A DNA stretch of 64,000 nucleotides from assembly GCF_000485595.1 (NCBI RefSeq), contig NW_014577092.1, positions 708,190 to 772,189 on the forward strand, read 5' to 3'. The number at the start of each line of letters is the position of its first letter. Position 1 is the stretch's first letter. Both the position numbers and the translations under genes were made by a program. Shown piece by piece: positions 23,819-37,154 of this stretch. Source of the DNA: Priapulus caudatus. Its lineage: Eukaryota. Under the pieces are notes generated by a model, which saw nothing but the letters and a program-made list of their open reading frames with translations, searched no databases and was not told where the DNA came from.

Positions 23819-24384
23819 TGGGCAGTGGGATGTTCTGAGAGGGTTTTTAACTGCGGGGTTTCAAATAAACCACATAATGCTCGTTTTAGGTATCGCGTGG
23901 CGTTTCAGCAGAAGATTTCAAAGGGGGGTTGAATAGAGGCGTGCGTGCAACGCAGGGACGGATCCAGGGGCTAAATTGATCAAATGTGCTCAACAGAGCC
24001 GGCTGCCGTAAACTGGGCCTAGGCATGTCGTACCGTTTATGCGCGATTCGTCAAGCCAATTAACAGACGTCAGCGTAGCGTGCGCATACGATGCGGATTT
24101 TTCTGCGATTCACCAAGCTACTACGCTTATGTTTACTTTGACTAACCCTATGGCAGCTAGATAGCTGGCGTAGCTTCACTCGGAGATGCATAAACTGTGT
24201 GTTAGCATAAAGGCAGAATCTACAACAAAAGACACGCGTTGACATCTGCACTAGTTCAAGGATATGGGATGGAAACAGCATACTTTTTGACATCCTGTTT
24301 TTCTTGGGCAGGTAGCTTTATGTGTTTGGTGTAAGAATCAGTCAGACATGTATACATCACAAATTGTCTGGCTAAGCGCTTATA

Positions 24385-24512
24385 TAGCAGCATTTGTAGC
24401 GGTGGTGGCAATGGAGCAAAGAAGCGCAATACGCAGAGAACGAATGTTTAAAGATCAGCAGAACTCTTTCGATTTGCAGGTGCAAATGTTATTCAATAGC
24501 TTTAGATTTCTT
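24385..24512 (+). pseudogene. N-terminal relic of a second Harbinger (HARBI1-like) transposase
   Basis: Translation AAFVAVVAMEQRSAIRRERMFKDQQNSFDLQVQMLFNSFRF resembles the RRERxFRDxxNPFD...RYRF N-terminus of Harbinger transposases. No catalytic part was recognised. Confidence 0.45.
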
Positions 24513-24813
24513 TGTTATACGCTCTATATATGCTCTCATGCTCTTATATTGTGCGTTCTGGATTAAAGAAAGACATTTTCCCTGCATGTGATAGTGATAC
24601 CAACGAGGTTTGTTTAGGATATATGTAATATTTCCACACAATACTGCATTGTTACAATTAAATTACGATCTGCTGATTCTGCGGAAGCATCACAAATGTA
24701 GCAATACAGGGCTCTCTCCTATATCAACATTTTTTCATTCGAACGAACAAACGTTTTTTCCACCTTTAAAAGCTCCGTAGGTTATCTCTCGATTCTTGAT
24801 ATATATATATATA

Positions 24814-24850
<37 letters not shown>

Positions 24851-25770
24851 NNNNNNNNNNNNNNNNNNNNNNNNNNNNNNNNNNNNNNNNNNNNNNNNNN
24901 NNNNNNNNNNNNNNNNNNNNNNNNNNNNNNNNNNNNNNNNNNNNNNNNNNNNNNNNNNNNNNNNNNNNNNNNNNNNNNNNNNNNNNNNNNNNNNNNNNNN
25001 NNNNNNNNNNNNNNNNNNNNNNNNNNNNNNNNNNNNNNNNNNNNNNNNNNNNNNNNNNNNNNNNNNNNNNNNNNNNNNNNNNNNNNNNNNNNNNNNNNNN
25101 NNNNNNNNNNNNNNNNNNNNNNNNNNNNNNNNNNNNNNNNNNNNNNNNNNNNNNNNNNNNNNNNNNNNNNNNNNNNNNNNNNNNNNNNNNNNNNNNNNNN
25201 NNNNNNNNNNNNNNNNNNNNNNNNNNNNNNNNNNNNNNNNNNNNNNNNNNNNNNNNNNNNNNNNNNNNNNNNNNNNNNNNNNNNNNNNNNNNNNNNNNNN
25301 NNNNNNNNNNNNNNNNNNNNNNNNNNNNNNNNNNNNNNNNNNNNNNNNNNNNNNNNNNNNNNNNNNNNNNNNNNNNNNNNNNNNNNNNNNNNNNNNNNNN
25401 NNNNNNNNNNNNNNNNNNNNNNNNNNNNNNNNNNNNNNNNNNNNNNNNNNNNNNNNNNNNNNNNNNNNNNNNNNNNNNNNNNNNNNNNNNNNNNNNNNNN
25501 NNNNNNNNNNNNNNNNNNNNNNNNNNNNNNNNNNNNNNNNNNNNNNNNNNNNNNNNNNNNNNNNNNNNNNNNNNNNNNNNNNNNNNNNNNNNNNNNNNNN
25601 NNNNNNNNNNNNNNNNNNNNNNNNNNNNNNNNNNNNNNNNNNNNNNNNNNNNNNNNNNNNNNNNNNNNNNNNNNNNNNNNNNNNNNNNNNNNNNNNNNNN
25701 NNNNNNNNNNNNNNNNNNNNNNNNNNNNNNNNNNNNNNNNNNNNNNNNNNNNNNNNNNNNNNNNNNNNNN
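24851..25770. other. Assembly gap of 920 N; further gaps at 4443-4452, 35163-35172, 36232-36256 and 55075-55099
   Basis: N runs in the sequence. Confidence 1.
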
Positions 25771-25805
25771 TTCACTAGACCACCGGGCTAGTAACTCAGG
25801 AAAAC

Positions 25806-26311
25806 CACTAGCCCTGACGTAACTTTCACTAGCCCAGATCCAGACCATTGTTATGCAAAACTTTAATTTAGATATAAGAGTGTGTCGTCGTATGAATTCA
25901 TAGATGCTGTTAGTGACATAATTATGAATAATAAAGTATGTATTTTTAACTGCAATACTATTATACGGTCACGTGTCACCTGACGTAAAGCCAAACTTAA
26001 ATAAAGACATCCTTTATGAGTACTGGTTAGCAAGCTGCACCATAACATCGATCGGTGCGACTTCGGCTAGGCATTCCGCTGCGCCGTCTACATCTTTCTC
26101 TAGGGGCCGTCGGGGGTGATGACTTTTGCTTGTTGTTACCTTGAGCTGCTTAACTAAAACACCTATATACAGACCTATACACAGACCTATAGACTATAGA
26201 CTATACAGACCTATATACCTATATACGAGATAAAATGGTCACATAAACACATGAACATACACGCACGCACGCACGCACACACACACCCACACGCACGCAC
26301 GCACGCACACA

Positions 26312-26350
<39 letters not shown>

Positions 26351-28312
26351 GATATCAGGGGTAAATAATTAAGTGTGATGATCTATAGTTAAATAGAGAA
26401 CTGGCACCTTCTTTGCATAGGGATAGGTGGAGTTACAGATGATATAAAGAGGTAAATGAATGTTTAATAGGATGCTTATTATCAGGAAACAGCATAGTCA
26501 CGTCTATACATCAGTCTAATGCGAGAGACAGGAGCTAGAGGAATGAAAATTGCTAGCAGAGCATATGAATAAATGCGGTTCGAGAATGTATAGGAAGCTA
26601 CGATCAGGATGAGTCATTGTGTTGCGTAAGGGGCAGCTGTTGCCGTTGTTTCACAAGTTGTTGATGATTGCCGATGAATAGATTGACTTCATATTCATAA
26701 TATTAGTGGACCCGGAGCTGAGGCCAGCGCGACAGATGGGCAGAGATAGATGAGAGACCACCGAACGATTCATTCCTGCTATCGACGCCAAAAAGGAAGG
26801 GCTGATTATAAGGATGGATGGCGCGGTGTGCGGGGGAACCACCCTAGTTATCGTCACCCGTTGTCTAATACCAGGTCTTCACCAGTTTGAACCTGGTATT
26901 CCATACAATCTCACAGGTGATTCGAAACATAATTACAGTAAGCAAATTCAATACTGTTCCAAGTTGAAGTAACCTATAGCTCATAATAACTATATCGTAT
27001 CGCAGAAATAAATTGTGAGTCATGCCAATCTATGCTATACCGTTACATGAGTATACCATGAAAAGCTGCTTGCCGCTGGCATTTGCCCTAAGCTGACACG
27101 TACGGTCACAAAGCAAGCCAAGATTACGTTCCTATTACTTGATCCCGTATTGATCCGACACACAATGGCCGGATCGTGGACAGAGATGTAGGCCAATGTA
27201 GGGGTGTTGTCACGTGTTATACCGCTGTCAAAAACGTACATTTTTCATGTCAATACTCACACAAAATCGTAGTATTTCATTTAGTAATTTCGGAAAGCGA
27301 TCTATGACCTTTAAAATTCATATGCTCTAGTCGAGACTGTAACTTTAGTCAACTGAATTGTGGTTAACACAATAATATTATAATACATCATGTAACAATA
27401 GGTTAATGCATAGCCGTGTCCGCTTACACAAGACAGGGACTGAAATGACAAATGGTTAACATTTAGTAGCCTAAGATAGCTATTTAGATTATATACATAG
27501 CTACCTTATAATAGAAAGGCGGTTTTGCGTCAGCACATGAGTTTTTCACCTGTTCACATCGCTCTCAAATTACTATTATTAGCAAAAGAAGCCATTCTCA
27601 CAAGAAGAGACAAAGCTATCAGATTAAATTCAGATAGCTAAATGATCCCGTTTCACCCACAAAAACCGCGGACCGGTCACCATGGCTACGTCACTCGACG
27701 AAATTCACCAATTTCTGGGCAAGATCAATATGAATTTCATGCTTTCTAGACGTCCAAAGAGCATCTACCTTGCGTGGATATCACGAATTAGTCCGAATAT
27801 ATATCACCACACACAAAAATTAGAAAAGGTCTATTCTAGAGACGATTAGAAAATTCTGCAATGCTTTTTCTACCATAGTGAAATGTCGGGAAATGGATTT
27901 TTCACGAAATATGCCTTTTATGCAGAAGACATATTACCAGAGGCAGGTGCTTGCGTGTGTGCGCGTGCTTGCGTGCGTATGTGCGTGCGTGCGTGCGTGC
28001 GTGCGTGCGTGTGTGTCTGTGTGTATGAGCAATTCATTACAGAGAGCCTAAGCGAAGAGTTGACTGTCGCTGTTGACATCTAACGAGTGCTCCGTGATGG
28101 GTTTTTCGCTGGAGACAAGTATTAATCAAAGCAGCTGATCATTGCGGGTGAATGTTCACTGTCTCAGCACCGGCAGTCCCCATCATGCGGTGTTACCTAT
28201 GAGACACGACTGACAGAGATCTCTCGCCTTCTCAGATTCTATGAATTTATTGCTATTGCTATGCGTGCTTGATGGCGTGAGCTATCAAGAACAGACGCTA
28301 CGACTGTATATA
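25806..28312 (+). repeat. Arm of an approximately 2.5-kb inverted duplication (partner 37155-39667)
   Basis: Near-identical reverse complement, differing mostly by 1-bp indels; starts just after the 920-N gap. Confidence 0.93.
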
Positions 28313-30049
28313 TATAGTGTGTGTGCGTCGCGGTGGCGTGTGTGATGGTGAGTGTGTGTGCTGTGTGTGTGTGTGTTGTGTGTGTGTCGTAGCCACCGGC
28401 GCGATCGATACGCCCGCTCGTCGAGTCAGCGAGTGGCAGTCAGCAGTCAGGCCCACCGATGAGCGGGCAGTTCGAGCGCAGCAGGCCGAGTCCAGTCAGC
28501 CAGGCCAGGCCGGGCGCGATCGTGATATCCAGCGTGAGCCCGCCCGCCCGAACGCCGCGTCAGCGTCGTCACTCAGCCGAGCTGCAGAGTCTAGCCAGCA
28601 CCCACGCAAGTCTGAAGCCGGCGAGTCAGCAGTGAGGCGAGTCACGTCAAGCAGCCGAGGCCACCAGCGCGAGCACCTATCCATGTTATCATGATGCTTC
28701 GTCGGAGGTAATAACCACTCCCGTGATGCCTCAGTCTAGGTTTTCAATATATGTAATTATGTATCAGAAGAGAGGAGCGAGAGAGAACTGTATCGAGACG
28801 AGAAGTAGTGTGACCAGGTTCCTTTGTACAACAGATACGCTGTGCTATTGCACTTAAGCCCACAAGACAGTATAAACTTGCCCGCCTGATACAAGCCACA
28901 GAATGATTAGAGTTCTTAGTCCTACGGGTCGTGTGGTCCAAAGCGGGTCGCGGTCACTCAATCGGGTCGTTGTCCTGACGACCGCGGCTCGTTGGTCTAC
29001 GCGTGTCACGCAGGCCGACCACTAATATTTTTCTTTAAATGTAATTAAATTTAAATTTAATTTTGTTTTAAATTCAATTATAATTTTAAAATTTTTTATT
29101 TAATTTCCGTTAATTTTTTAAATTTAACTTTTAATGGCATTTTTTAATTAATTTTTTTAAATTTGAAATTACCCCCACTACCAAGGTGTAAATTCAAGTA
29201 GACCAAACGTCACGCTAGTACGCGTGCACTATACAAATAATTATCGCTGAGCACATCGTAAACTTATAATCAAATAATACTAACAATACAAGAGGATAAA
29301 ATAGACTGTCAACCTTAAATATACAGGCAGTGTAGTTTACGATCAGCAGGCGGGAACTGCCTGTGTAGTGGCTACCGACAACGTACTCTTGAAATGTGTA
29401 TGGCTGCACCCCCAAAGGTTGAATAGAACATGAAATTTTGAGGTGATATGAAACTAGAGCCGAGAGAAATCATAAGGGAATTTTGTCCGGGGTGCAAGAA
29501 ACACTGAAATAGTTTAAGAATTATTTTCTCCTCCCTTCTCGTAACTCGCTGCGCTGGTGCATACTCAATCAGTGTGAAAACCACATACATAGAGAAGAAT
29601 TGGGGAGGAAACCCAAAAGTTTAAACACAAATTTAAGAACAGACAAATATTTAACACACAATACGCAATTTACAAATTTAAATCTAAAAAAAATTAAATA
29701 AAAAAAAAAAATAAAAAATGATGAGAAAAAAAAGGGGGCATTCACTCTACCCCTACTACGAATAACTAGGACCTAACGACCCGTAAGGGAGCCAACACGA
29801 CGGCCGAGACTATAGATCGGTCCCCTACCTGATCTATTGTTCGCGTGGAACGCTGTCACGGACTATGACGATCAACACCGTGCGAGGAAGAACTATCTAT
29901 GCGCAGGCACACACGTGCTTTTCTAAAGCGCTGTGCGGTGTGTGTGTGTGTAGTGTGACAATTTGTGTTGTGTCGTGAGTCGTTGTGTGTGTGTGTGTGT
30001 GTGTGTGGGGGGTGACATTGGGTGTGGTGAGTGTGTGCTGTTGTGGTGT

Positions 30050-33000
30050 GTGTGTGGGTGTGTGTGGGTGTGTGATGCGTGTGTGTGCTTGATGCGTTGT
30101 CCCAATAAGACATAGATGTTGGATCGGCCCACCAAGTCGTTGAGCTCAGGTTGCCACATGATTATGATAATCTTCTACTGCAACGTGGCTGGAGTTTTTG
30201 ATGTAGACAGCGTTAGTAATAGCATGACCTGCGGCCGAGTTCAAGAACAGTTCGACGCACACAACATGTCGTGTCGTAACGCACTGGTCGTACGCCGGTG
30301 CGTAAGTGAACATGGCGAATTGTTTGCGCGATATATTTAACCGTACGCACTGTTGACGCGTCCCCTCGTCTCTCGTCTCAGATCAGCAAGACTCGCGTAA
30401 GGTGCTTTCAAATTATCATGCCGAGCTGCTTAACGACACATGTGACAGACAGATAAAGACGTAGTTTATAAGGATACTGTTAGGGTTGGAGGTGATTTTC
30501 GGTCGAGAATTTAAAAATTTCCAACCTTTAAAATTGTGATAGAATCGCACCCATGGCACGCTATGTATACGTAGAAATTAATGTATGTAAGCGCTCCCAA
30601 ACAGGTTTCCAAATACGCCGCCGCGATTAGTCAATTCTTAATACATGCGTTTCAATCATGGAAATTAGAAAAGTGCTCATATCGCCATGTTAGAAATGCT
30701 GAATGTTGATGTCTTCAAACGCTATTGTCGCAACAACTCCCAAACCTCCAATTTTTTTTCGTTAACGTTTGTAATGCTAGACATATCAAGAGGAAAAAAG
30801 AGTCCTGGAATCATTTTTGAATATTAGAGTTTATGCAGTGATGGTTCTTTGTTTACCGCAAATTGTTGCGTTTCGAAAAAGCCGAGCGACAACAACATTT
30901 TAGAGCAGTCTTTTCAACTATTTTCCTAAATTAACCAGCATTTAAATAAAATTCAAGGGAGCCTTTTTATTTATACTATGAACAACTATGGTTAAAAAGT
31001 TTAGGTCCCACACTCTTTGCAGTTTCTGAGAAATAACAAAAAACATTTTTTTTCGTATAAATACACATTTTGCCAGTCCAACTTAATTAGCGATTGAATG
31101 CTTTTTAAATTTTCTTTTTATTCACAGGCGTAGGAGAGACCATCTCTCTATGTAATGTATATGAGTTTGATTGAATTTAATGAGGCAGTTATGTTGGCGC
31201 AATGCCCTTACAGGCTCGTAGCTAGTCCGTAACCGCCCGCAGTTACTCTTCTTAACAAGCATAAGTAAGCAGTGTGCAGTTGTGAAAATTGTTGAATGTG
31301 TGTGCATTGATATGCAGGTGAAACAATAATAAAGCGCGCTATATATCAGCTGGCGACAGAGTGAGCCCAGAAAGTTTTCCAGCCTTCGGCTTTCCTAGGC
31401 GTGACACCCGCAGAGCTAGCTGCACCGCCTCTCGAGTGGTCGTTGGATAAGTACAAGTAGTAATATTTACAAGTGATTATTACAAGTAGTATTATTAAGA
31501 CCAGACGCGTGACCACTGGCGGGGTTCTCCAGTTGTCCCAGGCCGTTCTGTCAGGAAAACATCGTCCAAATTTATCTAATGACATATTGTAAGGTTCGGT
31601 TGAAGGTGAAACCCTCCAGCTCCGGCCATCGTAGCAGCGTAGAGTTAGCAGATGGTAGGGATTGTTCCATCGTAGCAAGATTGTAAGCATCAGTAGAATG
31701 GCAAGCAAAGGATAGAGATGATGAGTCGCAGAATTATGCTCTGAAGACTGACTTATTAGTAGAATCACAATAGCGAAGTGATTTATATAGTACACAATAC
31801 GCGATGGTGTCGCACTAGTCCTTGAAAAGTCCTTGATTGAGGGAGTCCCTTGAAAGGTAACTTTGACGTTAGTAAATGTGTGATTTTGTGCTGAAAAAGT
31901 CCTTGGATTCATGAAAATGTCTTGATTTTTATGAAAATGTTACTGAATTTTGAGAATAGAATCCTTTCTGAATAAAAATAAAATTCTTGTACCAAATCAT
32001 AACTGCTCAAACCGAATAAGAATAGTTGGCGTTAAATGAGTCTGTAAAAAGCTAGTGACACGATAGACAGGTTAAATGATGACAGCAAGATTACAGAGAG
32101 CGGAGAGAGCAGTCAGTAAAGTCAGTACTGTTGTAGAAGTACAGGTTTAGAAAAGGTTTATTAAAATGTGATCCAGTAAATTTTAGAGCGTGACATGCAA
32201 GTGAGTAAGAATCGGGTATTAAATAAATCCACAGTGATGTTTTGTGCTGTCCGTATGAATCCCCGGATAAATGTCTTGAATTGTCCGCGATTAAAATGTC
32301 CTTGTAAAAGTCCTTGAAAAGTCTGGAAAAAGATTCAGTCTTGTATGAACCTATGCGACGGCAACCTAGGAGCGCGCGGCAACCGCCTTAGGCCCTGTCC
32401 CCTCGTCGTCGTTGCTGCTACACTCTTGATAAGGGACAGTCCATGTAATAACTCCCGTGATATCTGGGTAAGTGACTGAATCAGTATCTCCAGCTGGGTG
32501 TAATAAACAATCCTTATGAGTCTTTCTCGTCCGTGGTGCTATTTATTATCGTTTCAGAAACTGTGGCCATGCGTGACATCTCAATTCCCGACCGGTTTTT
32601 TCGTCATACCGGCTGGATTCTGGCCGGGTGTTATGGTGACCGTGACGGCCTACGCGATTAAACTATCGCGCCCATACGTCCCGTGTCATTGACATAATAA
32701 CAACACAACAACCGTACCGCAGCGGCCAGGAGCGCCGGGACAATTATTCCCACTCAGCCCTCGCCTTGTTAGAGGGCGCCCCTGTGTTTATTAACGCACA
32801 GATTGTGACAATACTAACAAATAATGCTAAGATGAACACGTTAAGACAATGTTTTAATCGTATACGAGAGGAGCGTTGCGACAAACACATCGTCAGCTAT
32901 GTTAGAAAGACTTACCGATAACAGGAACTGTCATGCAGCAAGGGCTGATGATTGGAATGAGGAAATGCGCGATCACGAGAAAAATTTAACATTCATGAGC

Positions 33001-34485
33001 ACATTATTGTAATGCACAGTAATTTATCGCATATTATGATGGCTAACCACAAATGAATAATTATTTGATGAATAAACACATCGGCCTTGAATTTATTCGC
33101 ACAACAGAGACAACTTCTGCACACTCGTAACACATGACACGCAGAGTCGCGGTCAGTGTCAAAGTATTAAAACAAGAGAACATATGCATACGCCATTTGT
33201 AAAATGCTTTTGCTTTTGTTTGTACGGACCGCGGTAGATAATTAAATTTTTGAGTGTTTTTCAAAGAACAAACACCCATATACATTATTAATCCAAGAAT
33301 AATAATATCTAATGTGAACCAATTATCAAGTAATGAAAAAGTAAGTCTAATATAAATGTTGTTATTTGCGAGGCGTAATATTAAAGCTTAATGAGAGGTC
33401 TGGGCTCTCGTAATGTTAAAGAAATATTTGCGGAGGATCATCATCTCCGTCAAGCGTTTGCGTATGTTTCTCTGTCGAACGGTTTTATCGTAGTGGAAGT
33501 TAATGTATGAACTTAATGTTAGAGAACGATTTTGTTTCTGACATCGGCCACCACACGTCTCGGCGATCCTCCTCTTTTTGGCGACACGCGCCTCGACGTA
33601 AGATGAGAGCAGACGTTTGCACTGGAGGGGGAGGGGGTGTTTAGTAGCTTCTAGCTGGCTGCCGTGGGGTGCCCCCCTTAACCAGTGTTCTTAACCTTTT
33701 GTGAGTCCATTGACGCCCGTGAGAATCCTGGTGAATAGCTTTACGGACCCATCCCCAGAAAAATATTGCTTTATGTGGCAGCATAAGCACATAAACACAA
33801 ATTTGCATGCAGATGGGTTCACGAGGACCCCTGACAGCCGCCATCCACGACGCCGCACAAGGGTCCATGGACGGCATGCCAGGTTTAAGAACCCACGCTC
33901 TCTAAACCAACTGCTCGGATTATCTGCTAGAGAACTCTGCCTCTCCTTGTTACTTGTCTCCGTCTCTTTGTTTCTTCCTTTCTCCTCTTCCTCTCCTGTG
34001 CTCTCTCGTGTCTCTCATCTCTCTCCTCCCTCCGACCTGCCTCCCTTTCTATCGCTCCTCATTCCCGGTCCCGCGCGTCTCATAATTTTCTTCTGACCAC
34101 TCTCCCTCTCTTTTCACCCGTCTGCAGAATCACCTCTCTTCTGCTGCCGCCCTTTCTTTTGCGCTCTTGTTCTCCTGTTTCCTATCTCATATTTTTCCCG
34201 CTCCCCGCATTGTCCTCTCTCTATATACCTTTCCCGCAGTAGCATTCGTGTACCCAGCAATCTCGTCGCTTTGTATATTTCCACCTCCTCTACCGCTCCC
34301 GCTCAACTCACTCTTACCTTCTCGATATGATCTCCTGTCCGCTACGACTTCTCGCTTCCATCCCACCATTCGCTACTCCCCCACCAATCGTCTCTATCTT
34401 TCCTTTTGTGCGCCCTAGCTCACTGACACATAGTCAGATGCAGCTTGTAGAATCGCTTGACGTGCTCGGTCCGTGCCGTCCGTGC
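30050..34485 (-). repeat. Arm B (very indel-rich) of the inverted duplication of 19098-23200
   Basis: Collinear reverse complement with dense single-base insertions throughout. Confidence 0.92.
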
Positions 34486-35172
34486 GTCCCGTCCGCCGAG
34501 CGCCCACCGCGTGCCGGCCCACAGTTGGCGGGGCACAAATCTTAACCGCTCGACGTACGGTCACGAGATTCGGGTCGTTGGGGGATCGTCAAAAACGAGT
34601 TGGGATGTCGAAGCTGGGGGGGTCCAAAGCGTCAAAGGTCGAGAGAGGGAAAAGAAGGGAACATTCACTCGCTTAACTTTAAGGTATAGGAGGGGAAATG
34701 CAGAATTGCGGCATCAAAATCTAAAACGCCTCGAACTAGGCGCGCGTGATAGTCGGTGTATCGCATCATGGAGAAAAGCTCATCACTGGGCCGAAATGAA
34801 GGTCATCAGGTCAAAGGTCAAATGGGCACAGGCAGATTTTTAGGACATTTTTCTGAGGACATGGGTCTACGGAGCGCATTGAAAAACCCTTCTTTGTGTT
34901 CCAGCGGGTGACCTAGTCATTTTTATGGCTTTATTGAAAAGACCGCATGGAAATGTCCCTTCTGTCTGACATGCGAAGAGTAATGTGTCGGAGAACCCTT
35001 TTGACCCCTCACATAGGAGGTTAAACATGGAGTTTGACTGTTAACGAAGGATGAACTGCCTTTGCCTTTAGAGCCCCCTCCCCCACCACTCAACCCCTTC
35101 CCCCCCCGCACCCGCCTCCCCCCGCCCCTTTTCCCCACCTCGCCCCACCCCCTCCCCCCACCNNNNNNNNNN

Positions 35173-35218
<46 letters not shown>

Positions 35219-36256
35219 TCGCGCGAGCGAGCGATTGCATGACCTCCGTTTGCGCGGAGGTAATTACATACAATACATAGGTGGCTACGCAGGCCAACCA
35301 GTAAATACGCGTTACAAAAGGTACGCAGGTCAACAATGACTACGCAGGCTAACATCTTATACACCAGGCACATACAGACAAGCGACTGGTTTACAAATGC
35401 AGTTCATATTTACGAGCGTGGAGTCCTGCAGGTCGCAGGCAGCAGGCAGGTCCTCAGTCAGTGATGTCCAGCGGCGACGGTAGCGTGGTGACGAGAGCAG
35501 GTGAGAGCAGTGCGGTGCTGACAACGTCGTGAACTGTCAGGCACCGTGGAACTGTCTCCCTCTTTCTGTCCAAATATGTCGGTATTTATGCTTCTGGAAG
35601 TATGCGTGGCCCGAGTGTCCTCAAGGCCTTATTGCATGCGATGGTGCAATCCTGTGTCCTTCTCCAGAATTTTATGGACAACTGAAGGTGAGAGACTTAC
35701 TTCCCTAGCGTGAGAACGGCAGCCGGAGTCCTTGCAGATATGGTGGAGGCATCGATAGAAGTTTCTCGAAGCCCTCGTCAAGCAGCCTTCTATGGGTACT
35801 AAAATGTCATAGTGCAGCCTCGTGCCATACCGCTGATGACACGTGCACGCGGCGTGCTCGGCTTGCCAATGGTAAAGCTATTGCACAGTCTTAATCCTGG
35901 TTGGGTTGTAAAACGTATGCGACACCGGTGTTAGAGGTCCAGCTGTGTCACTCCTATTTCTCTCAGCCCTGTGTAGGTGATTACTTTTACTCTGTCGTCG
36001 TCGCACATTTCTCTTCTTGTGTTGTGCCACGCGCGCGCCACGCGCACGTAAAACTCGTACCAGTCGTAACCCTGGACGGGCCCAGGGTTCAACATTAACT
36101 TTTTATTTCACTAGACCACCGGGCTAGTAACTCAGGAAAACCACTACAAGCGTAATCAGCTTCTCGCTAACTATATAGAACACATTTCCAGAAAAAAGTG
36201 TCAAAAGTAATTACATTGCAGCGGTCAACATNNNNNNNNNNNNNNNNNNNNNNNNN

Positions 36257-36594
36257 AAAAAAGATAGATGTAATATCTTATAAACGACATATAGTTTCAG
36301 TTATAATATGGATAAATTTGCCCTAAAATGAATATCGTTCGGTTAAATAGCATTTAGGTATAAATATAATTGCACTTTTGATTAGCCCTCGGTCATTTAC
36401 CTGCAAAATAAAAATGCAAATACGCAACTTTTTCAGGGTGCAGACGGTCGCGGGTGTCATCGGCCGTTCAAATTTCGTAGCGTTGATGTGTAAATAATAA
36501 TTAAGTATCTGTGACAAATACATGTGGGGTATAGACGATTTGTTATACAGTAAGTACAGTTGTATGCAGTAAAATCCTAGAGGCTACTGTCCCT
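36257..36594 (+). mobile_element. Right half of a Kolobok MITE (family of 42510-43115)
   Basis: Near-identical to 42760-43115 and ends CCTAGAGGCTACTGTCCCT|TTAA. The left half is lost in the 25-N gap. Confidence 0.85.
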
Positions 36595-37154
36595 TTAAAT
36601 TAATTCATTCAAATTGAACAGCGAAAACTTGTATATACCGTAACCCATTTAACAGAAAGTTTTTCAATAAAAAGTAGTAGTGTGATTCCTTTAATATTTC
36701 GCAGGGCTACCGCTGGCGTTCCCCACCTTCGCAAAATGCGATAAATAAGTATAACAGTGGCGATTTTACTACACTGAGTGGCGAATACAATGGCGACGGT
36801 TTAACTGCTCACAAAATTACGTTTGAAAAGTGAAATGGTCAAATTTCAGTGTCGTGTCGTAAAATGTTTTCGTACACCTCTTTTACCATATGTCTTGCTT
36901 AGCACATACGATAAAGTGAACTGTGGCTATAGTTTTTCATTGGTGACTTAGACTTATTCAAAAATAACTTAAACTGTGAGACATACAGAAGGAGCCCTGA
37001 TTTCGCACCCATGCACTTGAGCTCACACTAGCCAGAAGCAGACGTTCTCGTTTTCCACTACGTGTCGTTTTACACGCACGCACGCACGCAGACGCGCGCA
37101 TGTATATATATATATATATTATTATATAATATATATATATATAGTATATATATA

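Noticed and set aside
24735..25848. ORFs of 320-360 aa
   Set aside because: They consist almost entirely of the 920-N gap.
28317..28740. GC-rich 125-aa ORF with CAG/GAG-rich pseudo-repeats
   Set aside because: This low-complexity stretch starts where an inverted copy ends in a microsatellite, looks like low-quality read sequence, and has no recognisable homology.
34672..35024. piggyBac-like MITE ending CCCCTCACATAGGAGG|TTAA
   Set aside because: The right end is suggestive but the candidate left TIR matches poorly, so boundaries cannot be supported.
35400..35900. Possible LTR or retroelement fragment (mixed composition, TATA-like motif on the minus strand)
   Set aside because: No paired LTR, primer-binding site, polypurine tract or recognisable protein motif was found.
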